Positions 10,837 to 20,774 of a stretch of 64,000 bases of DNA are shown here, piece after piece. The DNA lies in the sequence record OY720014. One strand, written 5' to 3'. The position numbers and the translations under genes were made by a program. Under the pieces are notes generated by a model. That model was not told where the DNA came from, searched no databases, and saw only the letters and a program-made list of their open reading frames with translations. The stretch comes from Escherichia phage vB_Eco_QOTSP. Within the stretch, counting starts at the first letter, position 1; each line of letters begins with the position of its first letter.

Positions 10837-10923
10837 GCGAGAATGGTCAAATTGGTAAAGGCACAGCACTTAAAATGCTGCGGAATGATTTCCTTGTGGG
10901 TTCGAGTCCCACTTCTCGCACCA
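10837..10923 (+). tRNA. tRNA-Leu (anticodon UAA), long variable arm
   Basis: Acceptor GCGAGAA/TTCTCGC, anticodon loop CTTAAAA, long variable arm, encoded CCA. Confidence 0.8.
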
Positions 10924-10928
10924 AATTT

Positions 10929-11002
<74 letters not shown>

Positions 11003-11048
11003 ATTTATGACTCGTCGTGAGACGCTCAGTTCTTTATTAGGGACTGAT

Positions 11049-11657
11049 ATGCATTTTTATCTTTATAAAATAACAAATAAAATTAATAATAAAATTTATA
11101 TTGGTGTGCATTCTACCGAAAATTTAGATGATGGATATATGGGTTCTGGTAAATTATTAAAAAGAGCCCAAGATAAATATGGTATAGAAAATTTTTCTAA
11201 AGAAATATTAGAGTATTTTGACGATAAAGAATCTATGCTTGAAGCCGAGAAAAATATTGTCACAGAAGAGTTTTTAAATAGACCAGATGTGTATAATTTA
11301 AAACTTGGAGGTGAAGGTGGATGGGATCATATAAATAATTATCCTATGACAGATCAGCAACGCGAATTAATTTCATTGGGTGTTAAAAAGGCGCATTCTA
11401 ACGGAAAATTAAAAGGATGGTCTTCAAATGGATTAATGAAGAATGGCTTTGCTGGTAAAACTCATTCTCAAGAAGCTAAACGTAAAATAGCAAAAGCAAA
11501 CGAAGCAAAAGTTTCTGCGGATGAAAGAAAAAGAAGAATAGAAATTTCTAAATTATATGATTTTTCTAAACGTGGCGAATTGTCTAAATATGCTAAGCAT
11601 ATTGGCGTAAGTCATACTCAAGCAAAAAGAATTCTAAATCAAATTAACAATATATAA
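11049..11657 (+). mobile_element. segB: GIY-YIG homing endonuclease (SegB-like) inside the tRNA cluster
   Basis: N-terminal FYLYKITNKINNKIYIGV GIY-YIG motif and basic C-terminal DNA-binding region; splits the tRNA genes; track ORF begins at 11007, ATG at 11049 preferred. Confidence 0.8.
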
Positions 11658-11663
11658 ATATTT

Positions 11664-11753
11664 GGAGGCGTGGCAGAGTGGTTTAATGCACCGGTCTTGA
11701 AAACCGGCAGTCGCTCCGGCGACTCATAGGTTCAAATCCTATCGCCTCCGCCA
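11664..11753 (+). tRNA. tRNA-Ser (anticodon UGA), long variable arm
   Basis: Acceptor GGAGGCG/CGCCTCC, anticodon stem CCGGT/ACCGG with loop CTTGAAA, encoded CCA. Confidence 0.8.
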
Positions 11754-11759
11754 GTTTTT

Positions 11760-11835
11760 GCTGATTTAGCTCAGTAGGTAGAGCACCTCACTTGTAATGA
11801 GGACGTCGGCGGTTCGATTCCGTCAATCAGCACCA
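11760..11835 (+). tRNA. tRNA-Thr (anticodon UGU)
   Basis: Acceptor GCTGATT/AATCAGC, anticodon stem CCTCA/TGAGG with loop CTTGTAA, encoded CCA. Confidence 0.8.
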
Positions 11836-11836
11836 A

Positions 11837-11911
11837 GGCCCTGTAGCTGGAAGGTTCAAGCAAGCGACTCATAATCGCCAGATGGTGGTTCAATTCCACC
11901 CAGGGCCACCA
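11837..11911 (+). tRNA. tRNA with CAU anticodon (Ile, lysidine-type as in T4, or Met)
   Basis: Acceptor GGCCCTG/CAGGGCC, anticodon loop CTCATAA, T-arm GGTGG/CCACC, encoded CCA. Confidence 0.7.
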
Positions 11912-11920
11912 AATTAATTT

Positions 11921-12007
11921 GGGGAGTTATCCCGTAGAGGTAGCGGTGTGGACTGTAAATTCATTGTCATTGCGACTCGGGTGGTTCGACTCCACCACTC
12001 CCCACCA
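11921..12007 (+). tRNA. class-II tRNA-like gene, candidate tRNA-Tyr (anticodon GUA)
   Basis: Acceptor GGGGAGT/ACTCCCC, anticodon loop CTGTAAA, long variable arm, T-arm GGTGG TTCGACT CCACC, CCA; anticodon stem has two G-U pairs. Confidence 0.55.
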
Positions 12008-12011
12008 ATTT

Positions 12012-12086
12012 GGATGTGTAGCTCAATGGCAGAGCGATCGCCTGTTAAGCGATTGGTTATAGGTTCGAATCCTATCACGTCCGCCA
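12012..12086 (+). tRNA. tRNA-Asn (anticodon GUU)
   Basis: Acceptor GGATGTG/CACGTCC, D-stem GCTC/GAGC, anticodon stem ATCGC/GCGAT with loop CTGTTAA, encoded CCA. Confidence 0.7.
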
Positions 12087-12200
12087 AATTTGTGACAACT
12101 GTCACATTAATATCTACTTGACGCGATTATAGGGGTTGAACTGATCACTCTTCTCTTAATTTCGTGTGAAGACATCTTGATTGTTGGAGTAGGTATTAAT

Positions 12201-12276
12201 GTGGCCGTAGTTCAGTTGGTAGAACTCGAGATTGTGATTCTCGTAGTCATGGGTTCGACTCCCATCGGTCACCCCA
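12201..12276 (+). tRNA. tRNA-His (anticodon GUG)
   Basis: Acceptor GTGGCCG/CGGTCAC, anticodon stem CGAGA/TCTCG with loop TTGTGAT, discriminator C, CCA. Confidence 0.7.
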
Positions 12277-12280
12277 ATTA

Positions 12281-12356
12281 CGGGGCATAGCTCAGAAGGA
12301 AGAGCAAGGACCTTCTAAGTCCTAGGTCGTAGGTTCGATCCCTACTGCCTCGACCA
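12281..12356 (+). tRNA. tRNA-Arg (anticodon UCU)
   Basis: Acceptor CGGGGCA/TGCCTCG, anticodon stem AGGAC/GTCCT with loop CTTCTAA, encoded CCA. Confidence 0.75.
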
Positions 12357-12374
12357 ATTATAAGTGAGGAAAAT

Positions 12375-12725
12375 ATGAAAGGTAATGTTTATTTAGTAGT
12401 TCATGATTTAACATTTTACTTCAATGAATATGAAAAACATATCTCATTTCGTGAAATTAATTTACTTTATCAACATGCGGATTATATTTATATTCAAAAC
12501 GAATTTGGTCATTGGCAATTTCTCAAAAATCGTTCATTTGGCTTAGATGGTTACGAATACTTTGAACGTAAAGACCTTTTAGATAAAATTCCGTTATCTA
12601 CGCAATATCAAAATCACAAATCTTTATATAAATGCCGTCCAATTCGAAATGTTGAATCCGCGTATGAAGCAATTGATTTATGGCGTGAACGCCGTAAACA
12701 GATTGATGCTTTAAAAGAATATTAA
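12375..12725 (+). CDS. hypothetical protein (116 aa)
   Basis: ORF behind strong RBS TAAGTGAGGAAAATATG immediately after tRNA-Arg. Confidence 0.5.
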   Translation: MKGNVYLVVHDLTFYFNEYEKHISFREINLLYQHADYIYIQNEFGHWQFLKNRSFGLDGYEYFERKDLLDKIPLSTQYQNHKSLYKCRPIRNVESAYEAIDLWRERRKQIDALKEY

Positions 12726-12729
12726 GAAA

Positions 12730-13033
12730 CCGGGTCGCTACCGGTAAGTCGTCGGACTGATGTTCCCTGAGTAAGGAATTGCGTTAATAATCTTTGCGTT
12801 TATTGATGCCCTCTTACATCACAGCAGAAACGGCGCACCGAATTATCGATTCGAGGAAATATCTTTGCCGTAAGCCGAGTAGCGTTTTTGACGGAACGTT
12901 CGGATATGGTCGAGATATGGCCTTTTAAAAATATTGAGTAGCGTCAACTGCTTAATAACCGGGTTCGAATCCCGGCGTTTCGTACAAACACTTGCCTTAG
13001 CAGGTGGAACCCCGACAAGGTTGCCGCAAGGCT
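12730..13033 (+). ncRNA. structured GC-rich non-coding region, candidate T4-type small stable RNAs
   Basis: About 300 bp with no credible ORF, GC-rich relative to flanks, contains tRNA-like T-arm CCGGGTTCGAATCCCGG, ends in a terminator. Confidence 0.35.
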
Positions 13034-13064
13034 TAGCCCCGACCGAAAGGTTGGGGCTTTTTGG
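13034..13064 (+). terminator. rho-independent terminator
   Basis: Hairpin AGCCCCGACCGAAAGGTTGGGGCT followed by TTTTT. Confidence 0.65.
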
Positions 13065-13112
13065 TATAAATATAGTAGTATATTAAATCCACGAATTAAA
13101 ACAGGAAATAAG

Positions 13113-13586
13113 ATGAAATCATATACTCAATTTTTAAATGAAGCGGTGTTAAATGAAGCATCTAGCACCGAAATTCAAGCTGTCGCAAAAGCAGCCATTG
13201 CAGCGGGTAAATATTCCTATAAAGATGCTTCTGATGAATCGCGATTCCAGTTCGCACGCGACATGAAAGCGGAAGGATTTACGGGAAATGCAGTTAGTAT
13301 GGCCTGGAAAAGTTTAGTTGCTACTGGAGCTGCTTTTGCAAAGGCTTCAGGTAAACCTGCTCCTAAGGCTGACCCTAAAGCAGCACAAGAAAAAAATATT
13401 GCTAAAGGAATTATCTCTAGGTATGAAGCAATTCTTAAAGAACTTTTGATAATTAAGACCGAAGGCCAGAAACTTGCGCGAGCTCATAGTTTCAAAGATA
13501 ATCCACATGCTCATGACCTAGAGTATGTTGAAGACATCCAAAAAATTATTAAAGATCGCATTTGGTCTGCTAAACAAATCAAATAA
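13113..13586 (+). CDS. basic Ala/Lys-rich internal-protein-like protein (157 aa)
   Basis: N-terminus MKSYTQFLNEA resembles the capsid-targeting sequence; Lys/Ala-rich composition. Confidence 0.5.
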   Translation: MKSYTQFLNEAVLNEASSTEIQAVAKAAIAAGKYSYKDASDESRFQFARDMKAEGFTGNAVSMAWKSLVATGAAFAKASGKPAPKADPKAAQEKNIAKGIISRYEAILKELLIIKTEGQKLARAHSFKDNPHAHDLEYVEDIQKIIKDRIWSAKQIK

Positions 13587-13593
13587 CATTCTT

Positions 13594-13623
13594 AGCCCCG
13601 ACCAAAAGGTTGGGGCTTTTTGG
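13594..13623 (+). terminator. rho-independent terminator
   Basis: Hairpin AGCCCCGACCAAAAGGTTGGGGCT plus T-run; near-copy of the 13034 terminator. Confidence 0.65.
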
Positions 13624-13754
13624 TATCTAGGCCTTTCCGGGCCTCTCTAGACATCATTTAGTTTCTACCCTTTATAATATATTATCCTATCTTTTAATTG
13701 CCCCTCCCTGCCCTAGAATTCCCCAAAACTTTTTAAAAATTTTTTCACAAAACA

Positions 13755-13786
13755 GTTTACATCCTTACCCTTCCATGGTACTATAC
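13755..13786 (+). promoter_or_regulatory. early promoter with A/T-rich upstream element
   Basis: TTTTTCACAAAACAGTTTACA...TGGTACTATACAACTATCAACTACTGA; GTTTAC -35 and TACTAT -10. Confidence 0.65.
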
Positions 13787-13827
13787 AACTATCAACTACT
13801 GATACAGAAAACAACTTGGAGAATGAA

Positions 13828-14091
13828 ATGGATAATTACGGCGAACTGTTCAACTTCTTTATGAAATGTGTTTCAGAAGATTTTGGTCGTACAGTGAATG
13901 ATATTAAAGTTATCGGTCCTGATCATCCGATGTTTGAAACTTACGCAGTAATGGGTAATGAAGATGGTCAGTGGTATACTGTAAAGGTTGTGATTAACAT
14001 GTTCACTGCTGAAGGTTATGTTAAACTGTCTTCTAAAGTTTACCATGATAACGATGAAATCGCAGAAGAATATTTCAATAATATGAAATAA
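13828..14091 (+). CDS. hypothetical protein (87 aa)
   Basis: ATG after GGAGA RBS; track ORF starts 12 nt earlier at TTG. Confidence 0.5.
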   Translation: MDNYGELFNFFMKCVSEDFGRTVNDIKVIGPDHPMFETYAVMGNEDGQWYTVKVVINMFTAEGYVKLSSKVYHDNDEIAEEYFNNMK

Positions 14092-14122
14092 GTTTACACG
14101 GGCTCATGATTGAGATATTATG
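14092..14122 (+). promoter_or_regulatory. early promoter (PeSL-type)
   Basis: GTTTAC then stem-loop GGCTCAT...ATGAGCC around the -10. Confidence 0.55.
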
Positions 14123-14147
14123 AGCCTATAACTTTGAGGAGAACATT

Positions 14148-14480
14148 ATGAAACGTAACTTTAGTAAAGCTTTTTGTAATAGAAATTATTATCCTGAAGA
14201 GCTTTTTGAATCTAAGGACTTTAAAGAGTTTAACGAACGTTCTCAAAACATGCCTGTACAATGGGTGTTAGATTATGCCAAACGTATCTTTGAAGGTGTA
14301 CGTTGGTTCAGTCCTGATGATGAAGCCCCATATTTTCAAAGGGCATGGTCTATAGTCAATCAAGCTTATATTGATGCTTTAGAAAATATTAATATTATGG
14401 ATGATGATGCTTTGTTAATCATCGATGAGTCTATTAATAGTAGTATCGATAAATTTATTGATGAATTGGACGAAGAATAA
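14148..14480 (+). CDS. hypothetical acidic protein (110 aa)
   Basis: ORF after GAGGAGAACATTATG. Confidence 0.5.
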   Translation: MKRNFSKAFCNRNYYPEELFESKDFKEFNERSQNMPVQWVLDYAKRIFEGVRWFSPDDEAPYFQRAWSIVNQAYIDALENINIMDDDALLIIDESINSSIDKFIDELDEE

Positions 14481-14512
14481 GTTTACAAACTCTTGGGAGT
14501 AGAGTATAATAC
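14481..14512 (+). promoter_or_regulatory. early promoter (PeSL-type)
   Basis: GTTTAC -35, TATAAT -10 inside stem GGGAGTA...TACTCCC. Confidence 0.6.
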
Positions 14513-14555
14513 TCCCACGGATTATAAAAACCCTTAATTAACTAAAGGAAATGCT

Positions 14556-15149
14556 ATGAACATGCTGAAGAAAATTGTTGAGTTTATTCGCACTAAACTT
14601 GGTTCTGCTATGGCTAAAAATCTATCTGTTGAAGAACAGTATACTGCTGCAGCAGCAAAACTACTTGATAAGATTAAAGATCTAAAAACTGCTTCTGTTA
14701 AATCTATTAATGAAGAAAAACGTATTCGTGAACTTATTGTCGAAAAGAATCGACAGGCCGAATCAAAAGAGCGTGAAATTCGCAAGCTTCTTTCTGAAGG
14801 TCAAGATGTAACAATGCATGCTAAACTTGGTTTACTATATCGTCGAACAGCTGAGCAGTTGACTACTAAAGCTGATGGTTATGCTGAAATGCGAATTGAA
14901 ATCGCCAAGAAAGTAGTTGAGTTAGATGATGCTCGCCAAGAACTTGCAGTTAAATTGGAATATATCCGTGAAACTCGCGCCGCGAATGCCCTCGGAATTA
15001 GTACTGCTGATGATGTAGTTGAAATTGCAGCACTGACTAAGGTTGATATTGAAGATACTCTTGCTCGAGTTGAAACCTTTAATGGCAATATTTCTGGGGT
15101 TGAAACTACCTCTGCCGATGTTCAGGAATACATTAATTCTCTGAAATAA
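14556..15149 (+). CDS. coiled-coil protein with weak PspA/IM30-like character (197 aa)
   Basis: Long heptad-like helical sequence; similarity to PspA is by eye only. Confidence 0.45.
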   Translation: MNMLKKIVEFIRTKLGSAMAKNLSVEEQYTAAAAKLLDKIKDLKTASVKSINEEKRIRELIVEKNRQAESKEREIRKLLSEGQDVTMHAKLGLLYRRTAEQLTTKADGYAEMRIEIAKKVVELDDARQELAVKLEYIRETRAANALGISTADDVVEIAALTKVDIEDTLARVETFNGNISGVETTSADVQEYINSLK

Positions 15150-15154
15150 TGATA

Positions 15155-15177
15155 AGGGGCTTCGGCCCCTATTACTT
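15155..15177 (+). terminator. UUCG-tetraloop hairpin, possible terminator
   Basis: AGGGGCTTCGGCCCCT followed by a weak T-run. Confidence 0.4.
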
Positions 15178-15190
15178 GGAGTAAGTAGGA

Positions 15191-15799
15191 ATGAAAATGC
15201 AAAGTGATTTCAATTCAATGTTTGAAGAGTTCCAAAGACAGGTTGATGTTCCAGACCAATTATTAAATGCTCTTAAACGTATGGCAGAAGGACGTAATTA
15301 TTATTGGGGTTCTTCATATGAAACTGATGAAAGTCTTTCTAGAGGATTTTCTAGAGGTAAAAAGTCTTTAATACGTCCTGGAATACTTATTAACAGTATT
15401 GAATCAATTCATTTATTAACATGCGATTTTGACGTTGAATTTACTGATTTTGTTTCTCCTGAATGGACGGTCTGTTATTTAAACGACGATTATGATTATC
15501 TTGGCGTTTATAGTTTAAGTGATGCATGGTTTAAACGTAATTTACAAAAGTCAAATTTATTTTATATTGATACTACGGTAAAATTTCAGGGAAAGAAATA
15601 TTTCTTTACTCTTATAGTTGACTCTGAAACGAAACATGAAAATAAACGTATTCTTAGTAAAAAGAATATCTTAACTATTGTTGATGATCTTTTTGATAAA
15701 TTTGTGGAAAATCCCAATTTTGAAAGCGATTTATTACTAGAAAAATTTGTTAAGGAATGTAGAGAATATGTCAAAGCCATCACTATACCTTCCAAGTAA
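15191..15799 (+). CDS. hypothetical protein (202 aa)
   Basis: ORF after GGAGTAAGTAGGAATG. Confidence 0.5.
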   Translation: MKMQSDFNSMFEEFQRQVDVPDQLLNALKRMAEGRNYYWGSSYETDESLSRGFSRGKKSLIRPGILINSIESIHLLTCDFDVEFTDFVSPEWTVCYLNDDYDYLGVYSLSDAWFKRNLQKSNLFYIDTTVKFQGKKYFFTLIVDSETKHENKRILSKKNILTIVDDLFDKFVENPNFESDLLLEKFVKECREYVKAITIPSK

Positions 15800-16160
15800 A
15801 CCGTTGAAGTATGAATTAAAGCGTCAGATAATTTCTACTGATGTGTTAATAGGTCCTGTGGTAGCCGTATCATTTGTGATTCTGCTGATTGCTGGAATAG
15901 TTATAGACGTTATGACTGATATTGAATCTGGTGCAATATTTGGAGCAACACTAATTCTTCCATTGGTAGTTCCGCTTTTATTAGTACCTATAAATTGGAT
16001 AGGATATTGGTATCAAGGAAGACACTATCGTAAACGTGTACGTGATTGGAAAGCTCAGTGTAAAAAGATTAAAAAGGAACATCAGCTTAAACTTGCTGCG
16101 CATGAATTTGATGAAATTATGAAATTTGTTAAGGAATCACGATGCAAAAGCCAAAACTAA
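15768..16160 (+). CDS. small membrane protein (about 130 aa)
   Basis: Internal ATG of track ORF 15747; hydrophobic segment; overlaps previous gene. Confidence 0.45.
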   Translation: MSKPSLYLPSKPLKYELKRQIISTDVLIGPVVAVSFVILLIAGIVIDVMTDIESGAIFGATLILPLVVPLLLVPINWIGYWYQGRHYRKRVRDWKAQCKKIKKEHQLKLAAHEFDEIMKFVKESRCKSQN

Positions 16161-16504
16161 ATAAAGTCAAATATTCTCTTCCTGAGTCATTTTTAATTTT
16201 TGCTGTAGCGTTGGCTGCAGCTCTTGCGGGTAGTCTTTTTGGATTGTTAATTGACTGTCTTATTTTAAACATTGACGGCACAGTAAATATAATAGAAGTT
16301 TGGAGTGAACTTCACTATACTAAAATTATTTCATTATTTTCATTCTTTGGTACAATGTTATATTTTCATTATGATAATTTTAAAATAAATTGGCAAAGAA
16401 AAAAGGATTACAAAATACAATTAAAGGAATATAATAGCTACATGTCTTATATTGAAAAAGAATCAATGGAAGAGTTTGTGAGTGATTGTAGGAAAATTAA
16501 ATGA
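16142..16504 (+). CDS. small membrane protein (120 aa)
   Basis: Two hydrophobic helices; start overlaps upstream stop. Confidence 0.45.
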   Translation: MQKPKLNKVKYSLPESFLIFAVALAAALAGSLFGLLIDCLILNIDGTVNIIEVWSELHYTKIISLFSFFGTMLYFHYDNFKINWQRKKDYKIQLKEYNSYMSYIEKESMEEFVSDCRKIK

Positions 16505-16985
16505 TTTTAAAAACTCGCTGGTATGATTTAGATGATGGGGATGATGGCATTTCAGTTGATAGAGTTGACTGGAATGGTTGTTCCGAAGATATGAAAAATT
16601 TGTTGATTAGGGAGTTTAGAATGGGATATCAAGCAGCTAAGCCATCTATTATAACAGATGATAAATTCGTGTGTATTCATAATGGTCGTGCTAAGTTAAC
16701 AAATGCTGATTGGTTTACAAATAAGATTATGATTCTGTGGTATATCATTAGTCTTCCTGTGTCATCATTTGTATTTTGCTTCTTTGGTGAAAGTCCAATA
16801 GGCAGAACAGGAGATTGGATTCTTTTAATTATGCTTGTTAATATTTTGACAGCAGCAATATTATCTGGGATATGGTACACGTTCATTGAAATGCCATGGC
16901 GGCTACGCAGACAACAAAAGATTTTTGATGAAAAGAAATACGCTCAAAATTTAAATAACTTTATCACTGAATGCAGGAAATTAAA

Positions 16986-16989
<4 letters not shown>
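16501..16989 (+). CDS. small membrane protein (162 aa)
   Basis: Hydrophobic helices; ATGA stop/start overlap with neighbours. Confidence 0.45.
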
Positions 16990-17958
<969 letters not shown>

Positions 17959-17962
17959 AGTT

Positions 17963-17994
17963 GTTTACTTTCTCCTAGAATTGTGATAGTATAT
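17963..17994 (+). promoter_or_regulatory. early promoter
   Basis: GTTTAC -35, TAGTAT -10 within stem TGTGA...TCACA. Confidence 0.55.
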
Positions 17995-18017
17995 TCACAG
18001 TTACTTGGAGGGATAAA

Positions 18018-18434
18018 ATGACTCGTATTAATTTGACTTTAGTATCTGAACTTGCTGATCAACATTTAATCGCAGAATACCGTGAATTGCCGCGTGTTTT
18101 TGGTATAGTTCGTAAGCATGTGGCAAACGGTAAGCGCGTTAAAGATTTTAAAATATCTTCCGAGTTTATTTTAGGTTCTGGTCATGTTACGTTCTTTTAC
18201 GATAAGTTAGAATTTTTGCGAAAGCGTCAATCGGACATTATAACGGAATGCTTAAAACGCGGGTTCAGTATAAAAGATACTGAAGTTCCTGACATCAGCG
18301 ATATTCCAGTAGAATGGAAAAATGATTATAATCCATGCAAATCAGCTATTAAATTGAGTCAACAACGACTTGATGAAAAAATTTTAATGAAACCACATTG
18401 GTATAAGTATTACGGTAAAAATATTTACATTTAA
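18018..18434 (+). CDS. denV: endonuclease V, pyrimidine-dimer DNA glycosylase (138 aa)
   Basis: [17 protein letters not shown]... close match to T4 DenV; 138 aa. Confidence 0.92.
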   Translation: MTRINLTLVSELADQHLIAEYRELPRVFGIVRKHVANGKRVKDFKISSEFILGSGHVTFFYDKLEFLRKRQSDIITECLKRGFSIKDTEVPDISDIPVEWKNDYNPCKSAIKLSQQRLDEKILMKPHWYKYYGKNIYI

Positions 18435-18443
18435 AGGAAACAT

Positions 18444-18917
18444 ATGAAAACATATCAAGAATTTATCGCTGAAGCAGCTATTAATTCTCAAATTATTGCT
18501 GAATCTTTTACTGATCTTTTGAAATTTAAAAAAGGTCAAAAAATCACTGCTGTATTGGATGATGGTACAGAAGTTGAGATGGATGTACAGGGATATAATT
18601 ATGCAGTAGATGGAAAACTGTATAATAAATCTCATGCTAAATTTGATTCATTTGACGACTTTGTTAATACAGTTGAAGATGAAAAAACTCGTAGATCCAT
18701 TGCAACTGGTGATGCTAAGGTTCTTATGGCACATGGTCATGAACGCATTCGCGCTAAACAGAATAAAATGGGTGAAGATAATTTCGCATTAGTTGGTTAT
18801 CAATCTGGTAAACAAACTTATGGCTATCAACGTACTGCTACCATGTATAATAAAAATGGTAAAATTGCCTTTGTGAATAGTAAAGGTTCTATTCAGTACG
18901 TTAAATCGTTCAAATAA
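18444..18917 (+). CDS. internal-protein-like protein with canonical capsid-targeting sequence (157 aa)
   Basis: Starts MKTYQEFIAEA exactly as T4 internal proteins; located beside denV. Confidence 0.6.
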   Translation: MKTYQEFIAEAAINSQIIAESFTDLLKFKKGQKITAVLDDGTEVEMDVQGYNYAVDGKLYNKSHAKFDSFDDFVNTVEDEKTRRSIATGDAKVLMAHGHERIRAKQNKMGEDNFALVGYQSGKQTYGYQRTATMYNKNGKIAFVNSKGSIQYVKSFK

Positions 18918-19058
18918 TATGGGAACAACCTGGACCTCATGATTCTATGAGGGATTCCCGCCAACCTGTAATAAGGTCGAGCCTGAGTGCGGTAATGGGT
19001 AAATACAGAAATGGACAATTCATGCGCCACGGAATGGCCCAAATTTAGAGAGAATAAA

Positions 19059-19598
19059 ATGAGAACATTTTTAACTGGTCCTTATCTATCCCTGATGAAT
19101 GCTTTTACACACCATTCTGACGCTAGAGTAGAAGAAATTTGTAAAAACGAATATATCCCGCCATTTGAAGAATTACTTAAACAGTACTGCACACTTCGTA
19201 TAGATGGTGGACGTCAATCCGGTAAATCAATTGCTGTGACTAACTTTGCTGCTAATTGGTTGTATGATGGCGGAACAGTTATTGTTCTTTCTAATACTTC
19301 AGCTTACGCTAAAATTTCTGCAAATAACATTAAAAAGGAATTTTCGCGTTATTCTAATGATGATATACGTTTTCGTTTATTTACTGATTCTGTGCGCAGT
19401 TTTATTGGTAATAAAGGAAGCAAGTTCAGAGGTTTATCGCTTTCGCGAATTTTGTATATAATTGATGAGCCTGTCAAATCTCCTGATATGGATAAGATTT
19501 ATAGCGTCCATATTGACACTGTACACTACTGCTGTAATAGTAAATGTTGCATTGGTGGTATTACTCGTCCACAGTTTTTCGTAATCGGAATGCAATAA
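19059..19598 (+). CDS. small P-loop NTPase-like protein (about 180 aa)
   Basis: Walker A-like GGRQSGKS and Walker B-like ILYIIDEP; internal ATG of track ORF 19011. Confidence 0.45.
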   Translation: MRTFLTGPYLSLMNAFTHHSDARVEEICKNEYIPPFEELLKQYCTLRIDGGRQSGKSIAVTNFAANWLYDGGTVIVLSNTSAYAKISANNIKKEFSRYSNDDIRFRLFTDSVRSFIGNKGSKFRGLSLSRILYIIDEPVKSPDMDKIYSVHIDTVHYCCNSKCCIGGITRPQFFVIGMQ

Positions 19599-19924
19599 TG
19601 ACAGACACACAGCTTTTCGAATATCTCTATTTTTCGCCAAAAACTATTAAAAATAAATTGGTAAATCATTTTGAAATTTTGGCAAATAACAACATTTTAA
19701 GCGAATTTTATCCCAAGCAATACAAATTACAAAAAGGCGTATTCAAAGGATGCAGAGTTTTGTGCACTGCTCCTAACGCGCAGTTAATGAATAAAATTCC
19801 ATATTTTACCATGGAATTTATTGATGGACCTTTTAAAGGACTAATCACCCAAAGTTTAATGGCATATGATTCTGAGCCATTTTTAATTAAAGAACAATCT
19901 TGGATAAATTTATTTTCTAATTGA
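19598..19924 (+). CDS. hypothetical protein (108 aa)
   Basis: TAATG stop/start overlap with the upstream gene. Confidence 0.45.
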   Translation: MTDTQLFEYLYFSPKTIKNKLVNHFEILANNNILSEFYPKQYKLQKGVFKGCRVLCTAPNAQLMNKIPYFTMEFIDGPFKGLITQSLMAYDSEPFLIKEQSWINLFSN

Positions 19925-19931
19925 GGTTTAT

Positions 19932-20294
19932 ATGAAAGCATATCAAATTCTTGAAGGCACACATAAAGGTACTATTTATTTTGAAGATGGTATTCAAGCA
20001 CGAATTATTGTCTCTAAAACCTTTAAAGAGGACTCTTTTGTAGACCCGGAAATTTTCTACGGTTTGCATGCCCGTGAAATTGAAATTGAAACACAACCTA
20101 CAGTTAAAATTGAAGGTGGTCAACACCTGAACGTTAACGTTCTGCGTCGCGAAACTCTGGAAGATGCAGTTAAGCATCCGGAAAAATATCCGCAGCTGAC
20201 CATCCGTGTATCCGGTTATGCAGTTCGCTTTAACTCTCTGACTCCGGAACAGCAGCGCGACGTTATCGCTCGTACCTTTACTGAGAGTTTGTAA
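19932..20294 (+). CDS. GrcA/YfiD-like autonomous glycyl-radical cofactor protein (120 aa)
   Basis: C-terminal ~60 aa carry the glycyl-radical motif RVSGYAV and match E. coli GrcA as I recall it; that part of the DNA is GC-rich with host-like codons. Confidence 0.8.
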   Translation: MKAYQILEGTHKGTIYFEDGIQARIIVSKTFKEDSFVDPEIFYGLHAREIEIETQPTVKIEGGQHLNVNVLRRETLEDAVKHPEKYPQLTIRVSGYAVRFNSLTPEQQRDVIARTFTESL

Positions 20295-20515
20295 TGGCAA
20301 AGATAATTATTGAAGGTTCTAAAGATGTGCTAAATGCTTTCGCCGAGTGGTTTAGTAATTCAGGCGAACAGCAATTTAACGAAGCCTGGAATATGGGTGA
20401 TATTGATGGAATTTATCCTACGACAGAAATTTCTGTTCAAGGATATGGCATTCATGAACCTATTCGTTTAGTTGAATATGATTTATGTACTGGTGAGGAA
20501 GTCAAATATGATTGA
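20294..20515 (+). CDS. hypothetical protein (73 aa)
   Basis: ORF overlapping the GrcA-like stop (TAATGG). Confidence 0.45.
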   Translation: MAKIIIEGSKDVLNAFAEWFSNSGEQQFNEAWNMGDIDGIYPTTEISVQGYGIHEPIRLVEYDLCTGEEVKYD

Positions 20516-20774
20516 AGATATTAAAGGTTATAAGCCACATACCGACGAAAAAATCGGTAAAGTAAATGCTATTAAAGACGCTGAAGTTCGTTTAGGACTT
20601 ATCTTTGATGCTTTATACGATGAATTTTGGGAAGCATTTGATAGCTGTGAAGATGATGAACTCGCGAAGAATTATGCCGAAAGCCTCGATCAGTTAACTA
20701 TTGCTAAAACGAAACTCAAAGAAGCCAGTATGTGGGCTTGTCGTGCAGTGTTCCAACCAGAGGAAAAATACTAA
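20508..20774 (+). CDS. hypothetical protein (88 aa)
   Basis: ATG after GAGGAA RBS; internal start of track ORF 20472. Confidence 0.45.
   Translation: MIEDIKGYKPHTDEKIGKVNAIKDAEVRLGLIFDALYDEFWEAFDSCEDDELAKNYAESLDQLTIAKTKLKEASMWACRAVFQPEEKY

Noticed and set aside
11914-12105. Track ORF 11914-12105 (-) as a gene
   Set aside because: It is antisense to the Tyr-like and Asn tRNA genes and starts at GTG; an artefact of GC-rich tRNA sequence.
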